Below are positions 9,236 through 19,287 of a stretch of DNA of 51,430 nucleotides, piece by piece. The notes beneath the pieces were generated by a model. That model ran no database searches. It was not told where the DNA came from and saw only the letters and a program-made list of their open reading frames with translations. The position numbers and the translations under genes are program-made. This DNA is from a virus (lineage: Duplodnaviria; Caudoviricetes): positions 1 to 51,430 of the IMG/VR virus record IMGVR_UViG_3300030333_002795. One strand, written 5' to 3'. How positions within the stretch are numbered: the stretch's first letter is position 1; the number at the start of each line of letters is the position of its first letter.

Positions 9236-10491
9236 TATTGGGTCCTCAACCCGTAAACTTCAAAGGTCCCAGTAATGTTGTAACCACCATCGTTTTCTAT
9301 TCTAAAGTTCTTAATATGATTACCGTTTTTATCTTTAATATTAATAGCATTGGTTGTAGTAAGCTCTCTGTTTACTGTTACTGAGTGAACCAAATACTCA
9401 CCTTTGTTATCGTGTTCACTACAACCTGAAATTACAACTCTGGCAGAAGACCGTTGACCAGAGCTGCCCGAACCCATTTTGGCAGCACTTATTGAAAAAA
9501 AACTACTTCCGCCAGTAGACCAGCTGGTACCTCTTTTTACGTTTAGCCTTAAAATGTCTTGATAACTATGGCTCATTAAACCAGACAACACTATTAAAAA
9601 CTCACTATAAATATCTGAAGCGTCAGAGTCACACATGGACGCAGTTGCACTTGTAGCATTAGACCAAGAACCCGAACCTAATAATTCATAACCTATGTAG
9701 TGACTGTCATCTACATACTTTTTAGTAGCTACGCCTTGATTAGTAGTCGGGTCAACAACATTGATAATCTTCTTAGTGTTCATATCCAATTCGCCATGGA
9801 TATTATGTTCAGCTGTTCCAGTCATACTAAGAACACCGCTGCCTGTGATATTAACCGCAGACACGTTTGATGTTGTCGTAATTACACCAGAAGCATCTAT
9901 GTTCGCACACTTTGCAATGTCACCATCATTGTCAACTCTAAAGGTACTGTTGTTATTATTGTAATGATGAATAACAGCGTCAGTAGCATTGGCACTACCT
10001 GATGAGCGTGTCATCAACTGACCATAATTAGTTTCGGCTTTAATTTGAACGCCTGTTGTTGTGCCCGTGTCTGCACCGATTAACACCTTCTTGCCAGCGT
10101 CTATTGTTGTGTCACCCTTGACAGCAACGTTGCCACTCTTGTCTACTGAAAAGACAAGTGTTGTTGAGTCATGTGCTTCAACGCCAAGGATTTTCGCGTT
10201 TTGTTCTTCAAGACCTTTAAGCAAGAAGGTAGTAACGTCTCCAGAACCGCCAGTGCCGCCTACAGGTTGATTTGCTGCGGAACTAGAGTTTTCAAGAATG
10301 TTTGCTACGCCAGACATTACAGGTGTTGCATGTGCAAGGTCCTTCCAAACAGAAGTGCCGTTGCCCACCTTTAAGCCTACGGTATTATTATTAGAGTCTA
10401 ATACTAACCCAATCTCGCCTTGCGCAAGTATGGGGTTTGCAAGGTTCCAGTCACCTTCTGTATCTCTTCGTACTTGTATTTGTGTTGCCAT
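9235..10491 (-). CDS. Tail fiber/receptor-binding protein with Mtd-N/hyaluronidase-type N-terminal domain, module 1
   Basis: MATQIQVRRDT..W..ANPILAQGEIG....LKVGNGTSVWKDL N-terminus, KIINVVDPTTNQGVATKKYVD neck motif and C-terminal GTFEVYGL. Confidence 0.8.
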   Translation of the reverse strand: MATQIQVRRDTEGDWNLANPILAQGEIGLVLDSNNNTVGLKVGNGTSVWKDLAHATPVMSGVANILENSSSAANQPVGGTGGSGDVTTFLLKGLEEQNAKILGVEAHDSTTLVFSVDKSGNVAVKGDTTIDAGKKVLIGADTGTTTGVQIKAETNYGQLMTRSSGSANATDAVIHHYNNNNSTFRVDNDGDIAKCANIDASGVITTTSNVSAVNITGSGVLSMTGTAEHNIHGELDMNTKKIINVVDPTTNQGVATKKYVDDSHYIGYELLGSGSWSNATSATASMCDSDASDIYSEFLIVLSGLMSHSYQDILRLNVKRGTSWSTGGSSFFSISAAKMGSGSSGQRSSARVVISGCSEHDNKGEYLVHSVTVNRELTTTNAINIKDKNGNHIKNFRIENDGGYNITGTFEVYGLRTQ

Positions 10492-10494
10492 AGT

Positions 10495-11409
10495 TTAACT
10501 CGATGTAAATACTTCCCAATATGAATCGTATGTAGGATTTTGCTCGTTTCCACTTGCACCGTTTACGCTTACACAAATGTAAGAGTTACCAGTTTCTGTG
10601 TAATGAACTAAATCGTCTTTAGCGTAAGTAGTAGAAGCAGACCATGTGCCTTTCCAAAGAATGTTGCTTGTAGCAGGTGCGTCAACTGTTCCCGCTGCGT
10701 AAGTCTGTCCTGTTGATCTAACCCCAGCGGCAGGCAATGGACCATAGTCTGGAACCATTGTGCCGTCTTTACGAAGGGCTCGGTCTAAGATTACTCCCGT
10801 GTCAATAACAGCAATCCTTTGCTGTGTTGTTCCATCCTCGCCACCCTCAGCAAACGCTCTTAAGTATTCCATGTACAACGGCTCAACATACGCAGCAATA
10901 GAGAGTGTCGTGTTAGGTGTTGTAGAACCGTCCATGTTCTCAGCCGTTAGCTCAGTCCAATCAGAACGATAGCGAACATAAAAACTGTTCGATGTATTTA
11001 TTGGTGGTGAAGGATAGACATCTAGTCTTGGCGTTGAACCACTAAACACTAGTGTCACAATGTAACTCATCTCTGGCTCAATACCAGTTGACGATAGCCT
11101 CTGGAATGTTGCAGGATCAACAAAGCTTAACGATGTTGACCAAGAGTTTGCTGGTTCAAATGAAATGATCTCGCCACAGTCTGTTGGCAAGTCAATGTAA
11201 GCCCCAGTGTTCTCGGCTGACTCAATAGTTAAGCCTGACGCTGTACGCTCTCTAAACCTCCACGCTCTATTGAACAAGTGTTCGCCAGCGTGGTTTGCTA
11301 TCTGTGCAATACGATCATTAACAGTCGCTGTGCCACCTCCAACTGTTGAAGGATCGCCGCCAACTGCAAGTCTTATCGCATCTCTAATTTGACCGTAGGT
11401 AAGTGTCAT
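10495..11409 (-). CDS. Head-tail adaptor (tail tubular protein A-like) with C-terminal CBM5/12-like module
   Basis: N-terminal helices, WRFRE, YIDLPTD and LDVYPSP motifs typical of podovirus adaptors. C-terminal WKGTWSASTTYAKDDLVHY....YIC....P....YW. Confidence 0.7.
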   Translation of the reverse strand: MTLTYGQIRDAIRLAVGGDPSTVGGGTATVNDRIAQIANHAGEHLFNRAWRFRERTASGLTIESAENTGAYIDLPTDCGEIISFEPANSWSTSLSFVDPATFQRLSSTGIEPEMSYIVTLVFSGSTPRLDVYPSPPINTSNSFYVRYRSDWTELTAENMDGSTTPNTTLSIAAYVEPLYMEYLRAFAEGGEDGTTQQRIAVIDTGVILDRALRKDGTMVPDYGPLPAAGVRSTGQTYAAGTVDAPATSNILWKGTWSASTTYAKDDLVHYTETGNSYICVSVNGASGNEQNPTYDSYWEVFTSS

Positions 11410-11434
11410 AGTATTCCCTCAATGGTTGCGAGTA

Positions 11435-11458
11435 GGAGGCTCTCCGAAGAAAGCCTCC
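11435..11458 (-). terminator. Stable hairpin with C(UUCG)G loop after the capsid genes; partial terminator or RNA stability element
   Basis: Minus strand GGAGGCTTTC-TTCG-GAGAGCCTCC (10 bp, one G-U pair). No U-tract follows. A second 5-bp hairpin lies at 11465..11478. Confidence 0.55.
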
Positions 11459-11481
11459 CGTTCGGAACCAGTAGGTTCAGT

Positions 11482-11922
11482 TTAATCAGGAGTTTGGTCC
11501 TGAGCAGTAATTGCTTGCCATCCGTCAAACAAGACAGTGCCTAAATTATTAGCACTAAGAGTGTCAACTGCAATGCCACAACAAACATTGTTGTTTCCTG
11601 TGCCAGAGTGTTCAACAGCTTTACCAGTAGCGTTTGGCATAAAGCGAACACCAGCGGCAACATCACCACCGCCCAATACTTCTACTTTGCCGCTAAGAGC
11701 ACATAGTCCTGTTTCGCCTGACGCGATGTCTTCTAGAGCAACAGCATAAATACCGAATGAATCCGCATTTGAAAGCGAAACTTCTTGGTCACCATCAGGT
11801 TCAAGTGCAGTGAGTGTACACTCTACAATATTCCCCTTACTGATAGCCTCAGTCGCTTTGCCAACAAATGTTTCTGTTGCCCAACTAATTCCTTGCATTC
11901 CTGCTGTAGGTGAAAGTTTCAT
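11482..11922 (-). CDS. Capsid decoration/cement protein (DUF2190-like)
   Basis: Follows the MCP gene. ATEAISKG, GIYAVALEDIASGETG and VAAG....ATGKAV....GIAVD pattern. Confidence 0.7.
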   Translation of the reverse strand: MKLSPTAGMQGISWATETFVGKATEAISKGNIVECTLTALEPDGDQEVSLSNADSFGIYAVALEDIASGETGLCALSGKVEVLGGGDVAAGVRFMPNATGKAVEHSGTGNNNVCCGIAVDTLSANNLGTVLFDGWQAITAQDQTPD

Positions 11923-11940
11923 AATAATATCCCTTTCTTA

Positions 11941-13248
11941 TTAGCTAGTTTCACGAGGGGAAACAATACCGTGTCTCATACGAGAGCTAGGTAGCAAGTT
12001 CCACCAAGTGTCAGTTGGTTGAATGTTAGTGAATGGTTGATTCGGATGTCGCATGACATCGTGCTTAACCATGTAACGGCGTGCGTGAATGAATGGTGTC
12101 ATGTACTCACCATTGATCCAGTAGTAACGAGCACCTTTGTCGATTGTTGCATCAGCAAATTCTGTGCCACCAGTGCTGTCGATAACGACATCCACCGATG
12201 TTTGGTTACGACCATTATAATCGTCAGCTGGAGCAGTACCCGTACTCTTGTTGTACAAAGCTGCTTCATCTAGTTGTGACGCATAAGTCAGTGGAATACC
12301 ACTGTATGCAGGTGCTGAGTATGCAGCGTCTTGCATTGATACTAGACGGTCATTTGAATCACGAAGTGCACGCTTATACTCGTTGATGCCTCGTCTTGAA
12401 CAAACAATTTTCTGTTGGTTCATTGAAGCATTTTCAAAGTATTCTGCATTAGATGAAGGTGGTCGGAAATCAAGTTTCAAGAACATTTCATCAAACGCTG
12501 TGATCAAACCATACACATTGTGGTATGTGTCTGATGATTCATCAATGTGATACTCTTCAAATTGCTTGCGTTCCGCTACTGCGTTTGCAGTTTTACCTTT
12601 GTCATAAAATACAATTTGGTTACCCCAAACAGATTGATCGTCAGGGTCAATACCAGCAACTGTTGTCCAGTCACCAGAAGCTTTTGCAGGAACATATCCT
12701 ACCCAGTTGCCACCAAGTGATTTACCGTTTTCGGTAATAAAGCATGGAATTGAGTAAGGTGTTTTACCTGAACTTGATTCCATTTCACCTGATTGTCCCC
12801 AAGGGCTTGCCCATAGAGATTCTTCCAAACCGTTCACGAGTGATGTAACCATTCGTTGTTCTTTAGCTCGTTTGAGTCTTTTGTATGCAGCTTTCATTGC
12901 TTCAGATGAAAGACCGTCACCAGCGTTTAGTTCAACTTCATGATCAGTCCATGCTAAGTGATCGACAGCAAATCGCCAGTCAGCGGATACTGTGTCAAGA
13001 ACTTGAGGATTGGACCAAGTGAATGTTTCATTTGGTTGATAGTATTGGAAAGTTGCACCGTCACTAGTCATCAAAGTTTCACGAACTTCCGTTCCACCTT
13101 GAATTGCTCGTTCTTTCCCTTTAACGAGATCGCCCCATAAGTAGCGTCTTTTGACGGCTTCGTTGATGATAGTATCAGCACCTGTTAAGTATGCAGGTCC
13201 TGTTACTTCCATAAAATCACGGAATTTATCCGCAGGAGTGCCAGCCAT
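11941..13248 (-). CDS. Major capsid protein
   Basis: 435 aa after the scaffold gene. IQGGTEVRE, ADWR, SLVNGLEESLW, AGID....WGNQ and YSGIPL..ASQLD...YYWIN motifs. RBS AAAGGGGA. Confidence 0.8.
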   Translation of the reverse strand: MAGTPADKFRDFMEVTGPAYLTGADTIINEAVKRRYLWGDLVKGKERAIQGGTEVRETLMTSDGATFQYYQPNETFTWSNPQVLDTVSADWRFAVDHLAWTDHEVELNAGDGLSSEAMKAAYKRLKRAKEQRMVTSLVNGLEESLWASPWGQSGEMESSSGKTPYSIPCFITENGKSLGGNWVGYVPAKASGDWTTVAGIDPDDQSVWGNQIVFYDKGKTANAVAERKQFEEYHIDESSDTYHNVYGLITAFDEMFLKLDFRPPSSNAEYFENASMNQQKIVCSRRGINEYKRALRDSNDRLVSMQDAAYSAPAYSGIPLTYASQLDEAALYNKSTGTAPADDYNGRNQTSVDVVIDSTGGTEFADATIDKGARYYWINGEYMTPFIHARRYMVKHDVMRHPNQPFTNIQPTDTWWNLLPSSRMRHGIVSPRETS

Positions 13249-13274
13249 GACAATTCCCCTTTACAGTCAAATAG

Positions 13275-14216
13275 TTAACGCATTGCTGCCTTAGCCTGAT
13301 CGACTGTACCCCCGCCAAGAAGTATATCCAAAGCAGCGTCTTCAGCTTCTTCTTTAGTCGCTGTACGCTCTATCTTTGCACTTCTCTTTGGTGGGCTAGG
13401 AGTTGCAGAACGCTTCGTTACCGAAGGCTCCCCAAGCACCTGCTTCGCCGCCACATGCATCAGGTCATCAATGCTAGTAAAAGTCCTTGGTTGTGCCTTC
13501 CCTAGTTCGCTCATGCGTTCAATGACTTTAGACTTCTTGTCCGCAGTAACATTGCCCCATTTCGCTAGAACTCTCGGTGCCGCTTGCTCCACTGCTTGCT
13601 GCACCTCAGACATAACCACACGGCGATTCGCTTCATCAAGTTGTGCACGGAGTTCGGTTAACTCTTGTTGCATTTGTCGAATTGGCTCAATCGCTTCCTC
13701 ACCGACTTCATCGGCAAGTGCATCCAACGGAGTGGTTCCCTCGGTGGACTCTTCTTCAGCATCTGTAGGTTCAGATACATCCGACTCGTTTGTTGCAGCA
13801 ACTCCTTCGAGTTCCCGCATCTTTTCAGTATAAGCATCAACATCTGACTGTCGCTTCATAGCCTTGGTTGCCCACTCAGCCAACAGTTCAGGGTCTTTGC
13901 TTATCTGATCAATAACAGTTTGAGGCACGCCGTCTCGTCTCAATGCTCTAAGCATCTCGTCATCAGGCTCAGCAACCTCTTCACTATCGTTTACTATTAT
14001 TTCTTCAACAGACTCTATTTCCTTAGCCTCTGTCTTTTCTACTTCCTCACCTGCAAGTATTGCATCAAGGATTGCGTCTTCATCGTAAGCGTCAGCAGGT
14101 GACGATACCTCTGCACCAGAAGGAGTAGACGGTGCATTGGCTGCTTCAGTAACCACATTGTCATTCTCGTCTACCTGCTCCACGCTTACATTGTTTTCTA
14201 TTTCACTCATGGTCAA
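13275..14216 (-). CDS. Scaffolding protein
   Basis: Highly acidic, coiled-coil protein located between portal and MCP. Confidence 0.7.
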   Translation of the reverse strand: MTMSEIENNVSVEQVDENDNVVTEAANAPSTPSGAEVSSPADAYDEDAILDAILAGEEVEKTEAKEIESVEEIIVNDSEEVAEPDDEMLRALRRDGVPQTVIDQISKDPELLAEWATKAMKRQSDVDAYTEKMRELEGVAATNESDVSEPTDAEEESTEGTTPLDALADEVGEEAIEPIRQMQQELTELRAQLDEANRRVVMSEVQQAVEQAAPRVLAKWGNVTADKKSKVIERMSELGKAQPRTFTSIDDLMHVAAKQVLGEPSVTKRSATPSPPKRSAKIERTATKEEAEDAALDILLGGGTVDQAKAAMR

Positions 14217-14512
14217 TCCCTTTCATAGCCATGCCTGCTCATAATTTCACGCTCTTGGTTTCGTGATGTTATGATCGGCTTGCCTTGCCTTGTTGTATCA
14301 CAGCCCTTCAAGTTTCGTGGCAATGAACTTGATACATACGGATAACCGTGCACCTTTGCTTCCATGCCAGCGTCTACCTGAAAGTTTACGACTCTTCGCC
14401 ACTGTGCCCCAGAGTGTTCTACTATTTCACCAATACAAGGAGCGTTGTCCATTCTGTAAAAGAAGTCACGCTTATCCCCTGTATCTACATTTACAAATTC
14501 ATACATCGGCAT
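14213..14512 (-). CDS. FmdB zinc-ribbon-like protein (Cys-less variant)
   Basis: MPMYEF N-terminus and GKPIITSR..ERE.M..HGY C-terminus. Common position just after the portal gene. Confidence 0.6.
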   Translation of the reverse strand: MPMYEFVNVDTGDKRDFFYRMDNAPCIGEIVEHSGAQWRRVVNFQVDAGMEAKVHGYPYVSSSLPRNLKGCDTTRQGKPIITSRNQEREIMSRHGYERD

Positions 14513-16257
14513 TAGATAGCCCTCCCACTAGGACTTCCTGCTCCAACGCCTCTCATTGCACCAGACAATGCGTCACCAACTGACGCTGATGGGCTTACTG
14601 CCTCTCCCCCAGCTGGTGCTGGCGGTTGCATCATCTGTTGCTGTGCTTTCTTTAAGTTGATTATGCTGTCAAGATCAGGCATGTTCAATGAATCGCCTAC
14701 CGTCTCTAACAACTTACCCCAGTCAACGAACGGCATAGCAGGAGCCATTTGACCGATTTGCATAACGAGTTGAATCAACTCAACAACACGCTTCTGTTGC
14801 AATGCTTCATCTACACGCTGCATTGAGTGTGCTTGGACTCTCAATGACATGGCAGCGTAAGTGTCTTTACGACCACCCTTCCACTTGACAGGTGATCCAG
14901 CCACCTTGATACCTTCTTTACCCAGTGGCATCTCAAGTTCTTTGTCGTGCCATAGATACCAGCCCACATTCCACAACACTTCTGACACACACTCAGCAAA
15001 CTGCTGTTGCAACCAACTGACTCTAATACCAGCCGATGTTGCAGCAGTTGTAACTTCCGTTGCAGTTGTGTCTCCATGGATGTTACCCCGCATAACTTCA
15101 GACAACCCAGTCAAACGGTCTAACCTGTTCTGTGTTAGTTCCGTGTAACCAATCTGTTGCTGAGTGACTCCACCCATTTCAAGTTGCACCACTTTATCTT
15201 TATCCAAGTTATCCACTGGTACTACCATGAGGTCAGGCTTATTTGCAATGTCTTGTGCGAACTTGGTTGCGGTAGAGTCAACAGCGACCATGCGTCTGTA
15301 AGCAGATGCAGATGTTCCCATTGAACGCAAGTGTGTATTCAACTCTTGAATGAGTTGATCTGCGGCGGTTAGCGGTCCAAGTGGGAACTGATCGCTTGGT
15401 ACGCAGTACGCACCAAACATAGTGTATGGTCCAGTCGGTGGACCGAAGTATGGTCTAGGCTCTGCAATGATTTCAACATCACCTTCAGAACCTTCACCGA
15501 TTATGTAGATTGTGCCATTGTGCTTGCCATCTTTAGGATGGTCATCAAGCTCATGTTCAGGAACCCATATCTCTGTGCAGATGATTTGATCCCTGTCTGG
15601 TATGTCTCTTCTCTCACCGTATTTAAACTTGTAGTCACCTGATGAACCACCAGTAGTCAGCTTCTTAACTGCTTCAAGATCGTAGTATTCATCGTCTTCT
15701 GCTTTTTTAATCAGGTCATCGTGATCAACTGCATAACTGTGACCCATGAACCGTGCTTCCTCAAACGAGTCAGCGGCAGGGTCAAGTATGAAATGCTCAG
15801 GAGATATTCTGTAAACCCTTGGCGATGTGCCCATGTGATGCGGGTCAATCCTACGCATGCTCTCTACTGGTTCACGAGTAACCATCGCAACGCCCCACAT
15901 AAAGAGCATGTCAGTTGCAACACGCTGTAATGATCTACGAAGACTAGAACGCATGCACCATCTGTTCATAGCAGACTCAAGCAGTTCAGCTGTCATGCCA
16001 TCTACGATTGGATCGTCAGCCTCAATCTCTACTCTTGGCACATCATAAGCAAGTTTAGGTAGAACAAGACCAATATAAGAATACGCAAAGTTCTCTGGGT
16101 CAGCTGCTGGACTCATGCCAGCACCCGTGTACGAGTCTTTGTACGATGATCCTGAGAACCTGTTCACTTGATCTGACCAACTAGCCAAGTGCTTGTCACG
16201 CCACGCTCTAGCCGCAGTAATCTCGTTTCTTAATTGCTCTTTGTCTAGCTTAAGCAT
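14512..16257 (-). CDS. Portal protein
   Basis: ~580 aa after terminase. RISPEHFILDPAA and LTGLSEVMRG...TTATEV motifs. Start set at ATG 16257 (TAATG overlap with the upstream stop). Confidence 0.85.
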   Translation of the reverse strand: MLKLDKEQLRNEITAARAWRDKHLASWSDQVNRFSGSSYKDSYTGAGMSPAADPENFAYSYIGLVLPKLAYDVPRVEIEADDPIVDGMTAELLESAMNRWCMRSSLRRSLQRVATDMLFMWGVAMVTREPVESMRRIDPHHMGTSPRVYRISPEHFILDPAADSFEEARFMGHSYAVDHDDLIKKAEDDEYYDLEAVKKLTTGGSSGDYKFKYGERRDIPDRDQIICTEIWVPEHELDDHPKDGKHNGTIYIIGEGSEGDVEIIAEPRPYFGPPTGPYTMFGAYCVPSDQFPLGPLTAADQLIQELNTHLRSMGTSASAYRRMVAVDSTATKFAQDIANKPDLMVVPVDNLDKDKVVQLEMGGVTQQQIGYTELTQNRLDRLTGLSEVMRGNIHGDTTATEVTTAATSAGIRVSWLQQQFAECVSEVLWNVGWYLWHDKELEMPLGKEGIKVAGSPVKWKGGRKDTYAAMSLRVQAHSMQRVDEALQQKRVVELIQLVMQIGQMAPAMPFVDWGKLLETVGDSLNMPDLDSIINLKKAQQQMMQPPAPAGGEAVSPSASVGDALSGAMRGVGAGSPSGRAI

Positions 16258-17096
16258 TATGAGCAGTCCCACTTATCTTGTAGATAATTCAAAGTTTGTG
16301 TTCTCTCAGCAGCAGTGTGAGCACCCGACCACACAAGTACCTCGGCAATCTCGCCATACCACACATCAGCCTCATCAACATCAGTGCCTAAAGTAAGTGT
16401 AATTGTTTCGCCTAATGAGTCAAACATTGTGTCAGGGTCAACTGAGTATTGTGTACCCACACCAGTGTCATCCCAATCACATGCTACGCCACCAATCCAC
16501 TGCTCAAAAGTCATGTCTGAACCAACATCAGTGCAGACATTAAACGATGTGACCGCTGTGCCTTGCGTAAAATCAATTTGTGATGTGTCAAAATGGTTAG
16601 CGTTACCGTTGATTCTAAACGCAGCACCCTGATTGTGTCTCATCAGAAATACCTTGTCGTTCTGACCACCACTGCCATTAAGCACGAAATACTTCTCAGT
16701 GCCATCAGAATTTGATGTTTCATTTAACACCATGGCGATTGTCCATTCAGGGTCTATTGCCGCTGAACCACCACTACCAAATATATTAGAAAAATCAATG
16801 TCTGTGTTATTAACATAGGTAGGTGTATTATTAGACTTGCCGCCATCGTGAGTTAACTTCATTACCTTCTTGCCAGCAAATTGACCTGCGGTCACACCAA
16901 ACGATGGCATTTTATCTACCGTAGTCATCACCAAGTGATTACCCTTACCTGAACGGTCGTACAGTTTCACTTGTAGAGCACTGTCCTCAAAGAAGTCATT
17001 ATGCGTAGTACACCACAACTGTAAGTCATTCATCCTTGGAGGAAGAACTACAGAGTCAACAACATTGTTATTGTTATTTAGCGTGTTATTATTCAA
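16257..17096 (-). CDS. LamG/concanavalin-A-like jelly-roll virion protein
   Basis: LQLW....DRSGKGNHL and YGEIAEVLVWSGA.TAAE....NYLQDKW motifs. Confidence 0.7.
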   Translation of the reverse strand: MNNNTLNNNNNVVDSVVLPPRMNDLQLWCTTHNDFFEDSALQVKLYDRSGKGNHLVMTTVDKMPSFGVTAGQFAGKKVMKLTHDGGKSNNTPTYVNNTDIDFSNIFGSGGSAAIDPEWTIAMVLNETSNSDGTEKYFVLNGSGGQNDKVFLMRHNQGAAFRINGNANHFDTSQIDFTQGTAVTSFNVCTDVGSDMTFEQWIGGVACDWDDTGVGTQYSVDPDTMFDSLGETITLTLGTDVDEADVWYGEIAEVLVWSGAHTAAERTQTLNYLQDKWDCS

Positions 17097-17200
17097 TAAC
17101 CGCCCCGCCTGACCTTCTTACCAGTCTTCTTAGCAGCCTTCTTTGCTGCTGCCTTGCCCTTTTTAGTGTAAGGATATTTCTTCTTTCCTACCTTTGGCAT
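17093..17200 (-). CDS. 35-aa highly basic protein (possible DNA-condensing peptide)
   Basis: Below the ORF-track cutoff: MPKVGKKKYPYTKKGKAAAKKAAKKTGKKVRRGGY. RBS AAGGGGGG, and its stop overlaps the next start. Confidence 0.7.
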   Translation of the reverse strand: MPKVGKKKYPYTKKGKAAAKKAAKKTGKKVRRGGY

Positions 17201-17216
17201 AGTGCCCCCCTTGTGT

Positions 17217-17510
17217 TTATGTGGCTACCCACGATATATCGTCATTGTTTTGTGCTGCAATAGCGTAAATCAAACTTGGTGAGCCTGCTGAAATTGTTAT
17301 CTGCTGACCTGCTCTTAACTCAAACCCTGTTGATGTAGACACTGACGAGTCGCCAATGTACACTGATCCTGCATTCGCTACCATTGCTTTAATCGTAACT
17401 TCTGACATTACAAGGTCTTGCGAATCGCCTATTACAGTAGTTGATGAACTTGACAAGTTAGTTTGGCCAGAGTAAATGGCTGTTGGTTTTATTCTTTCAA
17501 ATGATGGCAT
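17217..17510 (-). CDS. Small beta-sandwich virion structural protein
   Basis: VTIKA...NAGSVYIG.....TGFELRAG motif. RBS GGAGG. Confidence 0.55.
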   Translation of the reverse strand: MPSFERIKPTAIYSGQTNLSSSSTTVIGDSQDLVMSEVTIKAMVANAGSVYIGDSSVSTSTGFELRAGQQITISAGSPSLIYAIAAQNNDDISWVAT

Positions 17511-17562
17511 ATGCCCTCCCTACGGTTTGTATCGACAAACTACCTAACAAAATACTAATTTG

Positions 17563-19287
17563 TCAACTCATATTCGGTAAAATGTCGTCCATTTTAAATA
17601 TTGTTTTAGCCTGAAAGTCAGGCAAGCCTGTCTCTGGCTCAACCCTGTCAGCATTACCACACGCCCTTTCAGCCATGCGTAGTGCCAAGGCAATAGCGAC
17701 AACTCTGTCACCGTGTGCCTCAACAGCCCCACTAGAACTATCAAGTTCAAGTCTAGCAGGACCTATCCCGCCATTGTCGTACACAACTGTAGTTTCCATC
17801 TCATCTAGTATTTCAGAGTCAGGAATAGTTATTGTGTCATCAGCTATAGCCCTTGCTAAGTCACCAAACAATGTTCGCTTCTCTTGCCTAGATGATGTCC
17901 AACCTGGCTTGCCACGCTTCTCACGATAAATAGCAGGATACTTTAAACGCTCAAGGTCATGATGCATTGCAGCACCTGGACCATTGACTTCCCATCCAAT
18001 TAGCATGTCCGAGCGACCTCTCGCCCAACTTCTACCAGCAACAACCATCTCTCTTGCTAAATCGTATGGTGAGCAGTGTGGGTCTACATATACAGCAACG
18101 ACCTCTCGCCTCTCTACATCTAGCATTACCGCAGCAGCATTGTGTCTACCAGTGCCATAAGCAGGGTCTGCTCCAATCACTAACTTACTGGCTCTTGTTG
18201 GCTCTCTGAACACACGCCATCGACCCGATGGTGAGTCAACTAGATGTCCTTCAACGACCTCGCACCGCCTTGGTTCTGACACTGCCTGCCTGCACCTAAC
18301 AATGTGAGCCAATGAAAAGAAGCCCTTACCTGCGGTTGAAGGCAATGCAAGCACGTTCTCTCTAATGTCTACAAGGTCACGCCTTGACAGTTGCCTCTCG
18401 AACCATGGTGACCAGTAGTATTTTCTTCCTGGCTCACCAGTCACTGTGCCATCTATGTCAGTACGCCACTCGCCTCCTTTGGATTTAGCAGGATGACCCT
18501 CATATGTCGTGAGCACTGGGACAGGGTCACCCAATGACTCTGCTGTTGGCCACAGCGTTCTAGTGAAGTAACTGCCTGTTAAATGTGTACTTACAGCAAT
18601 CCTGCATGATGTTGTATCCGCTGCTGAACGCCACGCTGCTTCTAGTTTGTCTTGTGCTGCTGCCTCATCAAACACTACAAATGTACGCCTACCACCACGA
18701 CCAATGTGTTCAGTCGTTGATTGACCGACAATTGAGTGACCATCGGGATGAGTGAGCACCATGTGCCTTCTGTTCTTTCCACCTGGCATCAGAACGCTAC
18801 GATCACATGGTAGTAAACAGGAAGGCAACTTCTCAACCATCGAGTCTATTCGAGGGAAGAGGGAGTCTAAGTCGCCCGACCTGTCTACCAAATCCTCAGT
18901 CCGTGAACATATGAGCACAGACCAGCCATGATATAGCCATCCCCACAAGGCAATAGACAGCATGAGCCATGAAGCACCCATCTCCCTACTCTTTGCCCAG
19001 ACCACATCATTGCCATCCCTTATGTTGTTTACTACACCCCTAATCACACCCTGCTGGCTCTCCCATGGTATGAATGGCTGCGTTGATGTTTCAGCAGGTC
19101 GCTCAGTGCCATCATCAGTGACCTCTTTAATGACCTTTGTCCAACCACCAGCCATTAAGAACGCAACTGCATCCTGCTCAACGACCGCCCTAACAACAGC
19201 CTGCTCTTCAGGTGTGCCTGCGGTCATAGCCCTCAACTCAAGGGCAAACTCCAATGTGTCATCACTGTGCAGTTGTTGGTTCGTCAT
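17563..19287 (-). CDS. terL: Terminase large subunit
   Basis: Walker A KSREMGASW, Walker B VVFDEAA, nuclease motifs IGADPAYG and HGDRVVA. Confidence 0.92.
   Translation of the reverse strand: MTNQQLHSDDTLEFALELRAMTAGTPEEQAVVRAVVEQDAVAFLMAGGWTKVIKEVTDDGTERPAETSTQPFIPWESQQGVIRGVVNNIRDGNDVVWAKSREMGASWLMLSIALWGWLYHGWSVLICSRTEDLVDRSGDLDSLFPRIDSMVEKLPSCLLPCDRSVLMPGGKNRRHMVLTHPDGHSIVGQSTTEHIGRGGRRTFVVFDEAAAQDKLEAAWRSAADTTSCRIAVSTHLTGSYFTRTLWPTAESLGDPVPVLTTYEGHPAKSKGGEWRTDIDGTVTGEPGRKYYWSPWFERQLSRRDLVDIRENVLALPSTAGKGFFSLAHIVRCRQAVSEPRRCEVVEGHLVDSPSGRWRVFREPTRASKLVIGADPAYGTGRHNAAAVMLDVERREVVAVYVDPHCSPYDLAREMVVAGRSWARGRSDMLIGWEVNGPGAAMHHDLERLKYPAIYREKRGKPGWTSSRQEKRTLFGDLARAIADDTITIPDSEILDEMETTVVYDNGGIGPARLELDSSSGAVEAHGDRVVAIALALRMAERACGNADRVEPETGLPDFQAKTIFKMDDILPNMS

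Noticed and set aside
9235-10491. Diversity-generating retroelement suggested by the Mtd-like N-terminal domain
   Set aside because: No reverse transcriptase and no adenine-specific TR/VR pair were seen in the window.
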